Assembly: GCA_002245135.1 (NCBI GenBank)
Contig: NGBS01001164.1
Coordinates: 186,001 to 250,000 of the forward strand
DNA from: Proteromonas lacertae
Lineage: Eukaryota
Length of the DNA stretch: 64,000 nt
Reading direction: 5' to 3'
The number at the start of each line of letters is the position of its first letter. Within the stretch, counting starts at the first letter, position 1. This document shows, piece after piece, positions 48,938-61,229 of this stretch. The notes under the pieces were generated by a model, which searched no databases, had not been told where the DNA came from, and saw only the letters and a program-made list of their open reading frames with translations. Position numbers and translations under genes: made by a program.

Positions 48938-50698
48938 ATGTCTTTTTTTGAGTATTGCAAATGTTGTAAAATAAATCATAACAATAAAAACTATAAATTT
49001 CAAAAGACTCACAAAGAAAAAGTTGAAATGTTCTTTAAGAAAGCAGAAAATAAAATATCAGATATAAAGTTCTTCATGGAAGATGCTATTAACTATAGAA
49101 CAGATTCTCAAAGCGAATTTTGGTGTTCTTTTTGTGGAACTTGTACAAAAGATGATAAACAACTACCTTTGTATATCTAATTCGTTATACATTTAGTTTT
49201 CAAACAATAAAACATTTAGCATCGGATGAACACAAAAAATCAACTAGAGAGTTTTTAGATAAATACATTTTCGTCTATAAGCCAATTCCGGATAATCTAC
49301 TACATTATAAAGATATAGGATTATATACAATAGATCAAACTAAACGAAGTCAAGTATATATGTTTGTTTATATTGTAAATAGTATATTCAAAAATGTCAT
49401 AATGAAGCAGAAGAAAGAGTGTATAAGAATGAAGAACAAGAAAATATAAAGAAACAAATAGAAGAAACAGATGAAGGTAAAGCTTATTTAGAAGCATTAA
49501 AAAGCAATAAATCATTTCAAGAATATTTAGATAAAGAAGAAAAGAAGAAAATAGAACCAAATAAAATAGAACATAATGACTATTCAAATAGATTAAGATT
49601 ATCATTTACTACAATGAATCCAATGGAAGTATTTCCTAATGGATGTAAAATCAAAACTGTACATAATAATAAACATAATATATATCCTAATAATTTTATA
49701 TTCTTTTTTCTTTACTTTTTTTCTTTTTCTTTTTCATCTTATTGTTATTTTATAAATCTGATGATATTTAATATTTCTTTAACTATTTAACAATATTACT
49801 ATTAATATTCATATAATATATTTATCAACAGAAAGTCACTGAAAGTGGAATTGAACAGAATCCTTGTGGTAGAAACAATAAAGGTGAGAGAGTATGGGGA
49901 GGTGGAATTATTCCATTAAGAAGAACTAGTGAATGGATTCCTTGGCCAATTGATATTGTATTATTAGAACAAAGTAAAAAGAAAATGGAACTAGAGAAGA
50001 AGAAAGAAAAAGAGAAAGAGAAGGAAGAAGAAATAGAGAAAGAAACAACTTTTGTTACTAGTCTAGCCAGAGGAGAAGGTTTATCAGTTGTATATTATTA
50101 TTATTATCATTTTATTATCTGTTTAATAGATTAAACTGAAAACAAAAGTTGATTTGAAAGACAATGTATATAATGAAGATGCTATACCACCTTGGTTGCA
50201 AGAACAACCAGATAATAGTGAGTTAGAAAAGAATAAGAAATTAGCAGAAACTTGGGAAAATATAAGAAAGAAATTGCAAGAAGAAAAGAAAGCAAAACAA
50301 GATAAAAGATATAAAAAGAAGTTTAGATTAGCAGATATTGGAATTAATAAAGATGAAGAAGCGAATAAAAATTGGTTGCCAAATTTTGGCTCCAGTATGG
50401 AAGAATAATGCAAGAGGTAAAAGTAGGATAGATTTCATCAGTGAAATAGGCATATTATAAACCACCTCCTAGAAAGGATGTTAGTAAAGTAAATGATAGT
50501 AATAATGAAGAAGAAGAATATGATGAAAAAGAGACAGGAAGAAATGCTGGTAGTAGAGAAATTAATACTGAATTTGGTGATTTAATTAGAAGAGATAATT
50601 TGGGAAATACTGTTTTTGAGCAGAATACAGTATTGTCACAACAAAAGGATATGTTAAGAAAGAAATTTAAACAACAACAACTTCAAAAGAAGAAATGA
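48938..50698 (+). CDS. CENATAC: CENATAC/CCDC84 (plant TITAN-LIKE) minor-spliceosome zinc-finger protein; two apparent +1 frameshifts near the C-terminus
   Basis: FEYCKCCKINH...H, FWCSFC, KHLASDEH, NVYNEDAIPPWL and WLPNFG; VW...R..SR..F continues in the +1 frame. Confidence 0.75.
49682..49791 (+). other. U12-type AT-AC intron nested in GT-AG intron 49659-49831 of CENATAC
   Basis: ATATCCTAA...TTCTTTAAC-TATTTAAC, nearly identical to the signals of the AT-AC intron at 57051-57095. Confidence 0.65.
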
Positions 50699-50836
50699 TT
50701 ATTTAATTTATACTTGTATTTTCTTTTATTGTTAATATTCTAATGCAATATGATTTAATAAAAACAAAAAATAACATAACATGTCAAAGATTTTTCTGCC
50801 AAGAAATTGGATTTTTAAGTCGTTTTTGTGTGTTTA

Positions 50837-53535
50837 ATGAACATTGAATCGACATTTAACCTTTATGTGCATATAGATTCACTCAGGAACATCGGATTGT
50901 TAGGATGTGGGTATTATATATCAGGATATAACGCATTAGAATCTATTTCATGAAATTTAAACTAAACTATTTAGGAAAATATAAAATAGCTCAAACATTC
51001 TCTGAGCCAATATCAGAGAAGATTTGGATATTCAACCAACCTTACACAAGAGGAATGTCTGGTCCAGTTGATCATACGATGGTTGTTGAAGATAATAAAG
51101 TGTTTTGCACTTCAAGAATTATAGTAAGAAGTTTAGAAGAGTATTCAGTGTTGAGGGAAGGTTGTGAATGGTCAATTACTGTTCCTTGCTCAGAAATAAA
51201 ATATACAAGTATTGAAATAATAGCTGAGCTGTATTATTCTCCAATAAAAGGAATAGATACAATAGTCCCAACTGCTCCACCAAAAGTATTGAATAATTAT
51301 ATAAAAAATAATAGGTTGTTTCAACAGTAACATATTTAATCCCATCACTAGATCCTCCTTATGTGCAAGAAGCATATCCTCTATTCTTCAAACATCCATA
51401 TTACTGTTATATACCACTATCAATTCATTGTGTATGTTGTGATGTTGATTTAGATTTTATTCAATATCCATCTCCATCAATATCACCTACACCATCACTG
51501 CAGAACCAACAATTATTACAATCATCATCATCATCTTCTTCTTCTTCATTATCAGCAACAGCTGGAAGGACATCTCCATTAAATCAACCATTTGTAATTA
51601 CAAAAGAAATATATGATCAATTACATGATATATTACAGAATTTAATGGATATTCCGTTTTATATATTTCATAATAAAATAAAAAGAATAATACAAGTATA
51701 TATATATATATATATTAAAATATAGACTATTGTTCCACCAGTTTATCTCAAAGACTATGAAGATATAACGAATGATACTAATCCAGTATTTCTACCACAA
51801 CCACCAATAGTATTATCATCAGATGGGAAAGATAGATTGAAAGATGATATTATATTATACCGTGATCATTTATTAGTAAGAATCAATACACTTTGGTCTT
51901 ATTATAAAAGATTATTGAAAGAATTTCCTCTTCCTTTTTACACTTATTTAGAACAACATTGGAAAGAATTAATAAAGAAGAGTTATTCAGAATATGTGAA
52001 AGTTTATAATTATAATCATGATGATTTGATGAGTGGAAATGTATATTATATATATATATATACTTTGTGTATCTTTTTTAAACTTACTATATTTTTAACA
52101 AAACTGAAAGTAAGTTCATTTTTTTACTTAATGGGTTTATTTCTTGCTATACTCTATTTACTCTGGTTTCTTGATTATTCTCCTGCTATTTTCTATTTAT
52201 TATTTCATTGTTAGAGTGATACAACAAAAGCTCAACATTTATTAGAAATTGAACATATTCGATCATCACATAAACCATTTGAGATGGATGTATTTTGTGA
52301 TGATTATGTTCAAGAGATCAGGCATGTACTTCTTAAACAAGTATATCCAGGTGTAGATGCTAAAGAACTACTTAATCCTGAAGAATCTTCACATCATGAA
52401 ATGGTATTATGTTCATATTGTAATATGTCCAATTGGAATAAAGTTACTCATTGTAATGGATGTAGAACCCCATTCTTGGTTTTACCTTCAAGATATCATG
52501 TAGTTGTGTTGTTACATGGATTTCAAGGGAATAGAAATGATTTAAGAGGATTTAGAAATGAATTGGAATTATTATCTCCCAATTTGGTGTTTATAATGTG
52601 TAGTTCTTACAGTAAATGTTCAGAAGGACCAATCAAGAAGTCAGGAGAATTAGCTGTGAAAGAAGTATATATTATATTATATTATATATTATAATGATAT
52701 AGGTTATTGATAGAATAACTCATTTCTGCGGAAAAGGATTGGAAAAGTTAGGTATGAATTATTTATAAATCCTAATTTGAGTTGATTTACAGTCAGCTAG
52801 TGTGCCCGAGTTGGTCCAAGGGGCCAGACTTAAGATCTGGTGTGTTCAGTCACTCGTGGGTTCAAACCCCACCGCTAGCAAATTCTTTTTTCTTTTTTTT
52901 CTTGTTCAATACTTATTATTTTATAGAAAAGATATCATTTATTGGACATTCATTAGGTGGCATTTTAGCCAGGTATATAGTTCAACATAACTCCTTTGCA
53001 CCGTTGAGATATTACTGTGATACTTATATATCTTTATCAACCCCTCATCTTGGCAGTTTGTATGGAACACAACTCACTGGTGCAGGAATGAAAATATATC
53101 GTCTTGTAAAGAAACTAGAAGCATTAAATGAATTAGAGTTTGCAGATAATGCCAATATTCAGGATACATTCTTGTATAAATTAAATCAACAACCATCTTT
53201 CAAATATTTTAAAAGAATTATCTTGGTTTCATCTCCTTATGATGATTATGTTCCATACAGTAGTAGTCGTATAGAAAGAGGCAATTTAACAGATCACAAT
53301 TATAGTGTAATGGTAGAGAATTTATTGAAAGAAATACCAGCTACTACAACACTGATGAGATATGATATTGGATTTTATGTATATTTATATAATATTAATA
53401 TAATTAAATTATTATAAATAGTTGAAAGAAATGAATGTTGATTATCTTATCGGCCGAGCTGCTCATATTGAACTGATTTCCAATGCTCAGTTTATCTCTC
53501 AATTTGTAGACGACATTATTCAATATTTTACTTAA
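50837..53535 (+). CDS. FAM135-like protein (DUF676 alpha/beta hydrolase)
   Basis: LYVHIDSLRNIGL N-terminus, HVVVLLHGFQGNRNDL, ISFIGHSLGG, STPHLG, SSPYDDYVPY and IGRAAHI; seven introns. Confidence 0.85.
52796..52880 (+). tRNA. tRNA-Leu, anticodon TAA, inside intron 52752-52926
   Basis: Acceptor stem GCTAGTG/CGCTAGC-A, anticodon arm CCAGA-CTTAAGA-TCTGG, long variable arm, T arm GTGGG-TTCAAAC-CCCAC. Confidence 0.95.
52886..52900 (+). terminator. Pol III oligo-T terminator of tRNA-Leu
   Basis: T6-C-T8 immediately after the discriminator base. Confidence 0.7.
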
Positions 53536-53732
53536 ACCTTATAGATTTAGTTTTTTATTGTGTGTTTTATGGGATATTTCAAAGACTGTTATTTACGGTT
53601 TTAAAAATTCAAAAATCGTCAGTTACAAATTTTAAAAAGTGATTTTCTCTTTCACTTCTTCCTGGCAACTTTGATTTTATTTTGACTGATACTATATTAT
53701 TTATTAGATTTTATATTATCTTTTAAAAGAAA

Positions 53733-55228
53733 ATGAGCGAGAAAGGTATTAATCTAGACTGTTATCTTTTGATATAGGTGAAAAACGTGGATTTTTTGGT
53801 AGTTTAATGTCAGTTTTTTCAAAAAAGAAGGCTTCTCGTATTGAACCTTCTAGTTCTCCAGTAAAACAAGCTGAGCAACAACAACAGTCAGAAAATGTTG
53901 CCCCTCCAAATACAAATCAACCTGAAAAACAACAACAACCACAGCAATCCCCTCCACCACCACAAACTCCACAGAAGCCTGTTGTATCAACAACACAAGA
54001 AACTAATAAAAAAGAACCAACACCAACAAATCAACCAACTCATAAAGGTGGTATTATTGTGGAAGTGGATGCTTTCCCATCAACTCCTCCAAATAAGCCA
54101 AAGAACAATAAATTAAGACCAACACCAGGCAGTGGAAGGAAAACTAACAGTCCTGATGTAGGTGAAGCATCTAATAATAATAATCAATCAAAAGAAGACA
54201 AAGTCTTCACAGAAGAAGAATTAAACCAATTATATGGTATGGAAACTGGTATAAAGCTAAATGCAAAGAAATGGCAATATCGTAAAGACGCATTAGATGT
54301 AATGAGAATACAATTATCCAGTAGAGCTGAGAAAAGAAAAGAAAATCCAGACGTTGATTCTGATAGTGATGAAACATTTATTCAATCTACATTATATGTA
54401 TTAAAGAAAGCAATGGAAGATCCAGTATTACCAGTATATCTAGCAACACTTGACTTATTGAAAGGATTTCTAGATTCTCACAGTAATTTAATGGTATTAG
54501 AAAATGTGAAAGATAGTATAGAGACAATAATTAAGATTTTAATAAAGAGAGTTAATAATAACAATGTTAGAATAGTTAGAGAAAGTTGTTCATCATTACT
54601 CGTCATTAGTCGTGTTAGCAAAATCAGTGGAGTTGCATTAATCAGTTCCACTTTAAACGATGATGAATTACCAATCAAAGCTAGATTAACCGTATTAAGA
54701 TTATTAATACCAGAATGTGAATTTAAGAAGAATAGTGGTTTAACATTACCAATGGTTATGGGAATAACAGTACCAGCACTTGAAATAGCTGATGATAAGA
54801 CTAGAAAAGTGGCAGTAGGTGTAGTTGTTGACTGTTATAATGTGAAAGGCGAAGCAATTTATAATTCATTAACAAGTGTAAAACCAGCATTAATGAAAAT
54901 TATACATCGTAAAATAGCTGAAGCAAGAGGTTTAACTGTTACTGGATCACAATTACCTCCTTTAGGTGGACAAAAGATGAGACCAAATACTGTAAATAAT
55001 GGTTTACCTCCATTACATGCTGGTGGTTTACCTCCTTTGAATCCAATGATGAATTCAAATATATTACCACAGAGTAACGATAGATGTACACAGAGTGCTC
55101 CTTCTTCAGATATGAATAATAATAATAATGAAAGCCCAAGTCAAAAAGATTTGAGTTATAAAAACCATTTTGATTCATTATTGGATGACCAAGATGAACA
55201 ATTGATGGATGAAATTTTGAATATGTGA
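53733..55228 (+). CDS. CEP104-like single TOG-domain protein
   Basis: LYG...LNAKKWQYRKDAL, DPVLPVYLATLDLL, NNNVRI and DDKTRKVAV HEAT repeats; P/Q-rich flanks; one short 5' intron. Confidence 0.6.
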
Positions 55229-55387
55229 TTTTTTTTTTGATAAATTATGTTATTATTATTATATATACATATGAATTTTAATTTTTTTATCATTTTCTTT
55301 TCTTCTTAATATACAATAAAACAAAAACAATAATTTATAATAACGAATTTTTATATTTTTCTATTAATTTTGTTTTATTTATAATTA

Positions 55388-57188
55388 TTATTTTGCTATA
55401 GACACATAAGTACTCCATATTCCAATTACTGCTCCTATAACAACCATCAAAATAGCACCAATCTCATGTCCTAAACTAATTCTATACAAAAAATACAATA
55501 ATGTAATATAAATTATACTCTTCAACTTTCATATGATATAATTTAATGATATATAATCCAGGCATAATAAAACAAAGAAAAGATGAAGTTGTTCCACCTG
55601 TCACTTGAAAGACTAAATCCAATTTATTCACAAATAAAGCAATCATCAATGAAAATGCAACTAATAAAAATGATAAACCATAATGCAAAACAGCAAACTT
55701 GGTTGGGAATGTTTCATATTGATTCTCTACTTTTTCAACACCTAATACCATTGATAAGATGGAATATCTCATTGGAAATATGTTCAATGGATAAGCCATT
55801 ACTACAGCTAATGCCATACCAACATAAGCAATAACTATAACAATTTTATTAATAATATTATACTGATTAAAATAGTTATTAAGATTGGTCCATGTTTTGG
55901 GATTGTTAAATTATTAAACAAATTACCAGCAGTATCACTTGCATAAGATATATAACCAAAACATCCAATGAACAAATAAGCAATAAAACTAATTCCTAAT
56001 GATCTGACTGTTACTTTTTTCATTCCTATTTAATATATTATTCATTATCATATAAATATACTTGTTTCTGATGTTCTTTCCAATTCACTTTGTATTTGAA
56101 ACACATTCACTTGACTTGTATAGGAAAACATAATAACCGGTAATGCTTTAAACATTTGAAGATCAAATTTGAAATAATCAATTTCTTTTAAATGAGAAAC
56201 AAAATCATTAGATAACTATAATTATCAATAAAATAAATAATATTATATAAATAAATACAGATATGATTGTAGTTAACAAAATCAAATATAAAATCATTAT
56301 AATTCCAGATAAGGAGGTAAATCTTAAGTTATTAATTCGAACCATCAATGATAATGGTAAAACAAATATTAATGTAAATATGATCGTTACAGATGTTCTA
56401 TTAAAAAATGATGAAGTTTCTTGTAACATATCAATAATTGGTTTTAATATATCACCAATAGCTACCATATAACTAACACAAGTTCCAAAACAGAATAATA
56501 TAATACAAATCTCTACAATATATCCCATTAAATGATTAAATAGAAAAACGGATAATTCTTCATAACTTCCACATTGAGTGACTTTTCTGGCTCTTAATAA
56601 GTAATATATTGATAATATAGTGGCGAAGTAACCAATCATTAAATAGATCATACCTAATGTCAAGCCGGCTTGAGATATTGCTTTTGGTAATGCTAAACAA
56701 CCAGCTCCTAAAGTGGCTGAACATAGATTGAATATTGCACCTTTTAATGAACCACTACGAAACATGTGACTGCATTTACTAACTGGTTTTTCTTCTACTT
56801 CAACTGGAGATGTTGGCTCTATATATATTGATTAACACTTTTATACCTATTGTGTCTAATTCACTTGGATCTACTTGGACTTTCTGTAATGCAAATATAT
56901 CTGGAGCAATTATTACAGGAGAATATAAATATTAAGAAATATATATATATATATATATATATAGATAGATAAGTAATAAGAAAAGAAAGATATCACAAAG
57001 TGTTTGCTCTTCTTTTCAGATCTTACAGTGGGTATTAGTTCAGTAGTAAGGTTAATAGTTAAGAAAAATAAGTGAATAAACACAATTTAGGATATATATG
57101 CTTCTGATTTTATACTTCTAAGAGGTGACTTTCCTAGACGATTCATTTCTCCAGCAGACAGTATTCTGTGATATGATACGTTTGACAT
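55388..57188 (-). CDS. Amino-acid transporter (AAAP / SLC38-AVT family)
   Basis: GAIFNLCSATLGAGCLALPKA, FSYTSQVNV, GCFGYISY, AYPLNIFPMR and GGTTSSFLCFIMPG. The 5' exons are best joined through two U12-type introns. Confidence 0.9.
56923..56993 (-). other. U12-type AT-AT intron (71 nt)
   Basis: 5'ss ATATCTTTC, (TA)n body, branch TTCTTAAT, 3' end ATTTATAT; phase-0 join HFV|SPV keeps the frame into MFRSGSLKG. Confidence 0.65.
57051..57095 (-). other. U12-type AT-AC intron (45 nt)
   Basis: 5'ss ATATCCTAA, branch TTCTTAAC, end TATTAAC; removes an in-frame TAA and is followed by an exact 19-codon exon (56994-57050). Confidence 0.8.
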
Positions 57189-57371
57189 TATTTCCCAACT
57201 GTCGTAAAAAGAAAGAAATTGTATTAGGATTTCAAGCTTAAAGCTTGGTTTGATTAGATTTGTGTCACACATTCTTTTTCATTTATTGGAAGATATGCTT
57301 ATTATGTTGAAAAGCAAATATCAAATAAAACAATAATGCATCATTAACACAATAAATAGCAAAAAAATTAT

Positions 57372-58784
57372 CTACAATTCACTATATCTACGAATTATCT
57401 ATATTTAAATATTACATAATAAATTATACTTGCTCTGTCAAAGCTAATGTATCTACAAAACTATCGTCATCCAAACCATATTTATTGTATTGATGAAAAT
57501 ATGCTTTGCTTGAATACATCTCATAGAACTTATCTAGTTTGCATTGTAAAGAAGGAACCATATTCTGTGAATTAGATATCATTGTTGCAGAAATTGGAAA
57601 AGTACCAAGCGATATTGATGAACCATAAGCATGAAATGGTTCTTTATTGAATTTACAGTATGATTTAATATTTGTCTTGTAAAAACAATCTAAATTAACT
57701 TGCTGATAATCTTTACCTCTCAAATATAGTATATTAGCAATTGTTTTAGATGGATTTGGAAAATAACTGTTAGGCAATTTTAGATCAATATAATTGTTGG
57801 ATTGGATTAATTTATCTACTCTTTTTATAAGAAAATCCCATGTAAAATTACTATAGATTATATATTATTATATATAAATACTTAAAATCTTTAAGATAAT
57901 CTGCACTTTGAGGAACTTGTCTGATTGTATACAATTTATAAAAATTATTAAATGATAATTGACTTATCATTTCATTAATATGATGAACATGAGGATATTT
58001 CTAATAATAACAATATAATAATAATATATACAGAAATTAAGAATGAAGGTAATATAAAATTAGCTATTTGTTTAACCAATATATCATTTATATCATACAA
58101 TGATGGTCTATCATTATGTAATAATTTAGTGGCTATTTCTAACGCATGATCATTGTACAGTATTAAGATTCCATCGGAGGCACTATATAAATGTGTTATT
58201 GTGAATAATGTATTGTAATTTTGAACTATAATTTCGCCAACTTCAAATCCCCATACGATTATATTTAGTATTGAAATAAGTGGATATTCTTCATGAAAAT
58301 ATTCTGTTAAATATGTTCCTAATCCTGCACCTGTGCCACCTGAAGAACTATGTATCAGAATAAACTGAGTTACATTTCCTATTTCATCTAATGTCTATTT
58401 AATTATTGAATTGGTATAATTAATACTTTTTTTACTATTTTGGATATTTGTTTTATATGTTTTGGCCCATTTATACTATATCCTAAAGCCCAATTATTAC
58501 CAGATCCTGCATCTGCACAATAAGTCCTAGATTTTGAAAAAACAAATGGCTTTCTTTGTGAAATATAACTATTAATTACTTTCGGTTCCATATCAATTAA
58601 TATAGCATTTGCAACTAATTTTGTATTTGTTTTATCATTCATTTTCTGAAACAATACTGGATTCTGACAATATAACTAAAATTATCTATACTTCTTCGTC
58701 TTTCAAATATTCATAAATAAAATCAAATAATTGCATGCCCAACTGATTGCCACATTGCCCTATTTGAAACAAAAGAATTGACAT
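57372..58784 (-). CDS. TUBD1: Delta-tubulin
   Basis: MSILLFQIGQCGNQLG, NAILIDMEPKVI, GSGNNWALGY..NGP, HSSSGGTGAGLG, GEIIVQNYN and KAYFHQYNKYG; five introns. Confidence 0.88.
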
Positions 58785-58827
58785 TTGCTTGATGTAATTC
58801 AAGCCATATTATGTTTTGAAGAAGTTT

Positions 58828-61187
58828 ATGAATAATCAAATTAATTCATTGTTATCATCTACTGTAAAAGTATTATAATTGATTTAGATATCTTTGAAAT
58901 AGATTAAAAGAACAATCAAAAATAGTAATGATGAAGTATCTTTAGCAGTGAAAAATCAAAATGATATGAAAGTTATAAAATTATTTAATTTAGAAAATAT
59001 AAAATGGAGTAATATAGAATCATTTTTAGATAATAGTAACTTTTTGTTAGAGTGTTGTTGTAGAATGACGTATCCGTCAAACTGTCAAATAATCGGTGGT
59101 AATTTGATGATATTGGAGAGAAAATATTATGAAATTGGTTTAGAAGAGATAATTCAGAATAAATCTTTCTAAAGTGATGATATTTGTAGTATAATATGTG
59201 GTATATGTGATATGGTAATGATATTAAATGACAATTATATAGTGATAGATAATCTGAAGAGTTGTAACATAATATACGAAAGAGATGATGATGTATATGA
59301 TAATATGAAAGTATGTGATTTATATTTAAATGACTTGAGAAAAGAAGAAGATATGAGATTATATGATATGTGCTACAAAAGCCCTGAAGAGTTGAATGGA
59401 TGTGCATGTGATGATAAAAGTGTGATTTGGTCAATTGGATGTATTTTATATGAAATGATTTGTAAGAAATTACCATTCAATGATGATAATAATATAAATA
59501 AAACAAAAGAGAATATCTTGAGATGTAAATACAGTGTTGATGTAAAATGTAATGATATGATGAAAGAAATGATAGAAAGAATGCTAAAAGTGAAAAATAA
59601 AGATAGATTGAGTTTGAAAGAATTGAGAAAAGAAGTGATAAAAATGAGAGAAATATTAAAAGATGTTGAAAATAATATAATAATGGTAAATGAAAGAAAA
59701 GAAATTTTAATGAATAATGATTACATAATAGAAATTTCACCATTTATTGGTTGTGAATCGAAGTATTATACAGAGATTAATAATTATGAAAGTATAAATA
59801 CTGATGATAATAATTGTATAGAAATTCGAGATGATTTAATAAGATCGTACAATAATAAACCTGAAGAGAGAATACTGGCTATACTATTAATGATGAAATT
59901 TATTAAAACAGATTGTAGAATAAGAGAGAGATTAGAATTTCAAATTCTACATCAATGTGAAATAGAAAAAGAATGTTACTTAGATGAAAAGATATTCAAC
60001 ATCGAATGGAGAGTCAATAAAAATGGAAGAATGTTTATTAATTCATATTCTACTCACTTATGTGAAATAGGAATGAATTATTTGTTGAGAATATTGAAAT
60101 TAATTAATCCAACAAGTCTAGATTTTAGTATAACTACAATTATTTATATTATTTAGATATAATTATTCCTCTCCAATATCAGCCGATATTCAAATCTTTT
60201 CTTTTTGAGTTGCCAAATCTACAAGAATTAGCTTTTCATTCAAGTAATCTCACCTCTGATTTTATAGAATCATTTATAAAATTCATTCCTTTTATGAAAT
60301 TAAAACATGTAGAACTTCCATGTATATCATATATTATTGTTATTATGTAATAGGCTATGGAATAGATCCGAAAGGCTTCAAATTTTTGCTTCCATATCTA
60401 CATCTATTAATCGACAAAAATAATGTATTAAATTTACGCTGTATGAACTTGAATGATGAATCGATAAAGTTATTATCAGAAGTGATACATAAATACCCAA
60501 ATGTTAAGAAAATAGATATTAGAGGAAACAATAATATTCATTCAAATAAATTAACAGTTTTATTCTCGAAATTTCCTATTTCAAAAGTAGAATTTGATTT
60601 TAATGGAGATAAAGACTTGCTGGTTGATAAAGGTGTCAAGGAATTGATTAAATATATCAAAAATGGGAAAAGTATAAGTCTCAATAGTTTAGAAATTGAT
60701 GATAATTATTTCAAACCGTTTATTTCATTAAGATTATATGAATTAAGAAAGATGAAAATATTAAATTTGAGTAGTATAAATTGATGTTTCTATATTAAAT
60801 AGATAATAGACTAACATATAAAAGTATAGAAACACTGATTAACAATTTATCTTCATTACCTAACCTTAAATGTCTCTTTTTGCATGGAAATGAAATAGAA
60901 GATGTAGGAATGAAATTATTATCTCCTTATATACACTTCTTAAAAGATGATGATGAAGATGATATAAGTTGCATTAATTGTTCAAGTACATATTATTATT
61001 ATTATTATCTAATATATAGAAATGAGATTATCTTCAACTGGGTTGAAGTCTTTATTAAATGGTTTAGAGAAAATTGATAGAAAAATCATACTTCATTTAG
61101 ATCATAATATTATTGATGAAAATGGAATTGAGTATTTAATGAGTTATATGAAGAAACATGACAATATTATGAAATTAGAAATTAATG

Positions 61188-61229
<42 letters not shown>

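Noticed and set aside
52782..52990. N-terminus of ORF 52782 and ORF 52802
   Set aside because: Translations of the tRNA-containing intron.
59170..59172. Stop-codon reassignment (TAA read as sense)
   Set aside because: TAA, TAG and TGA all end conserved genes here, and long conserved ORFs contain no internal stops.
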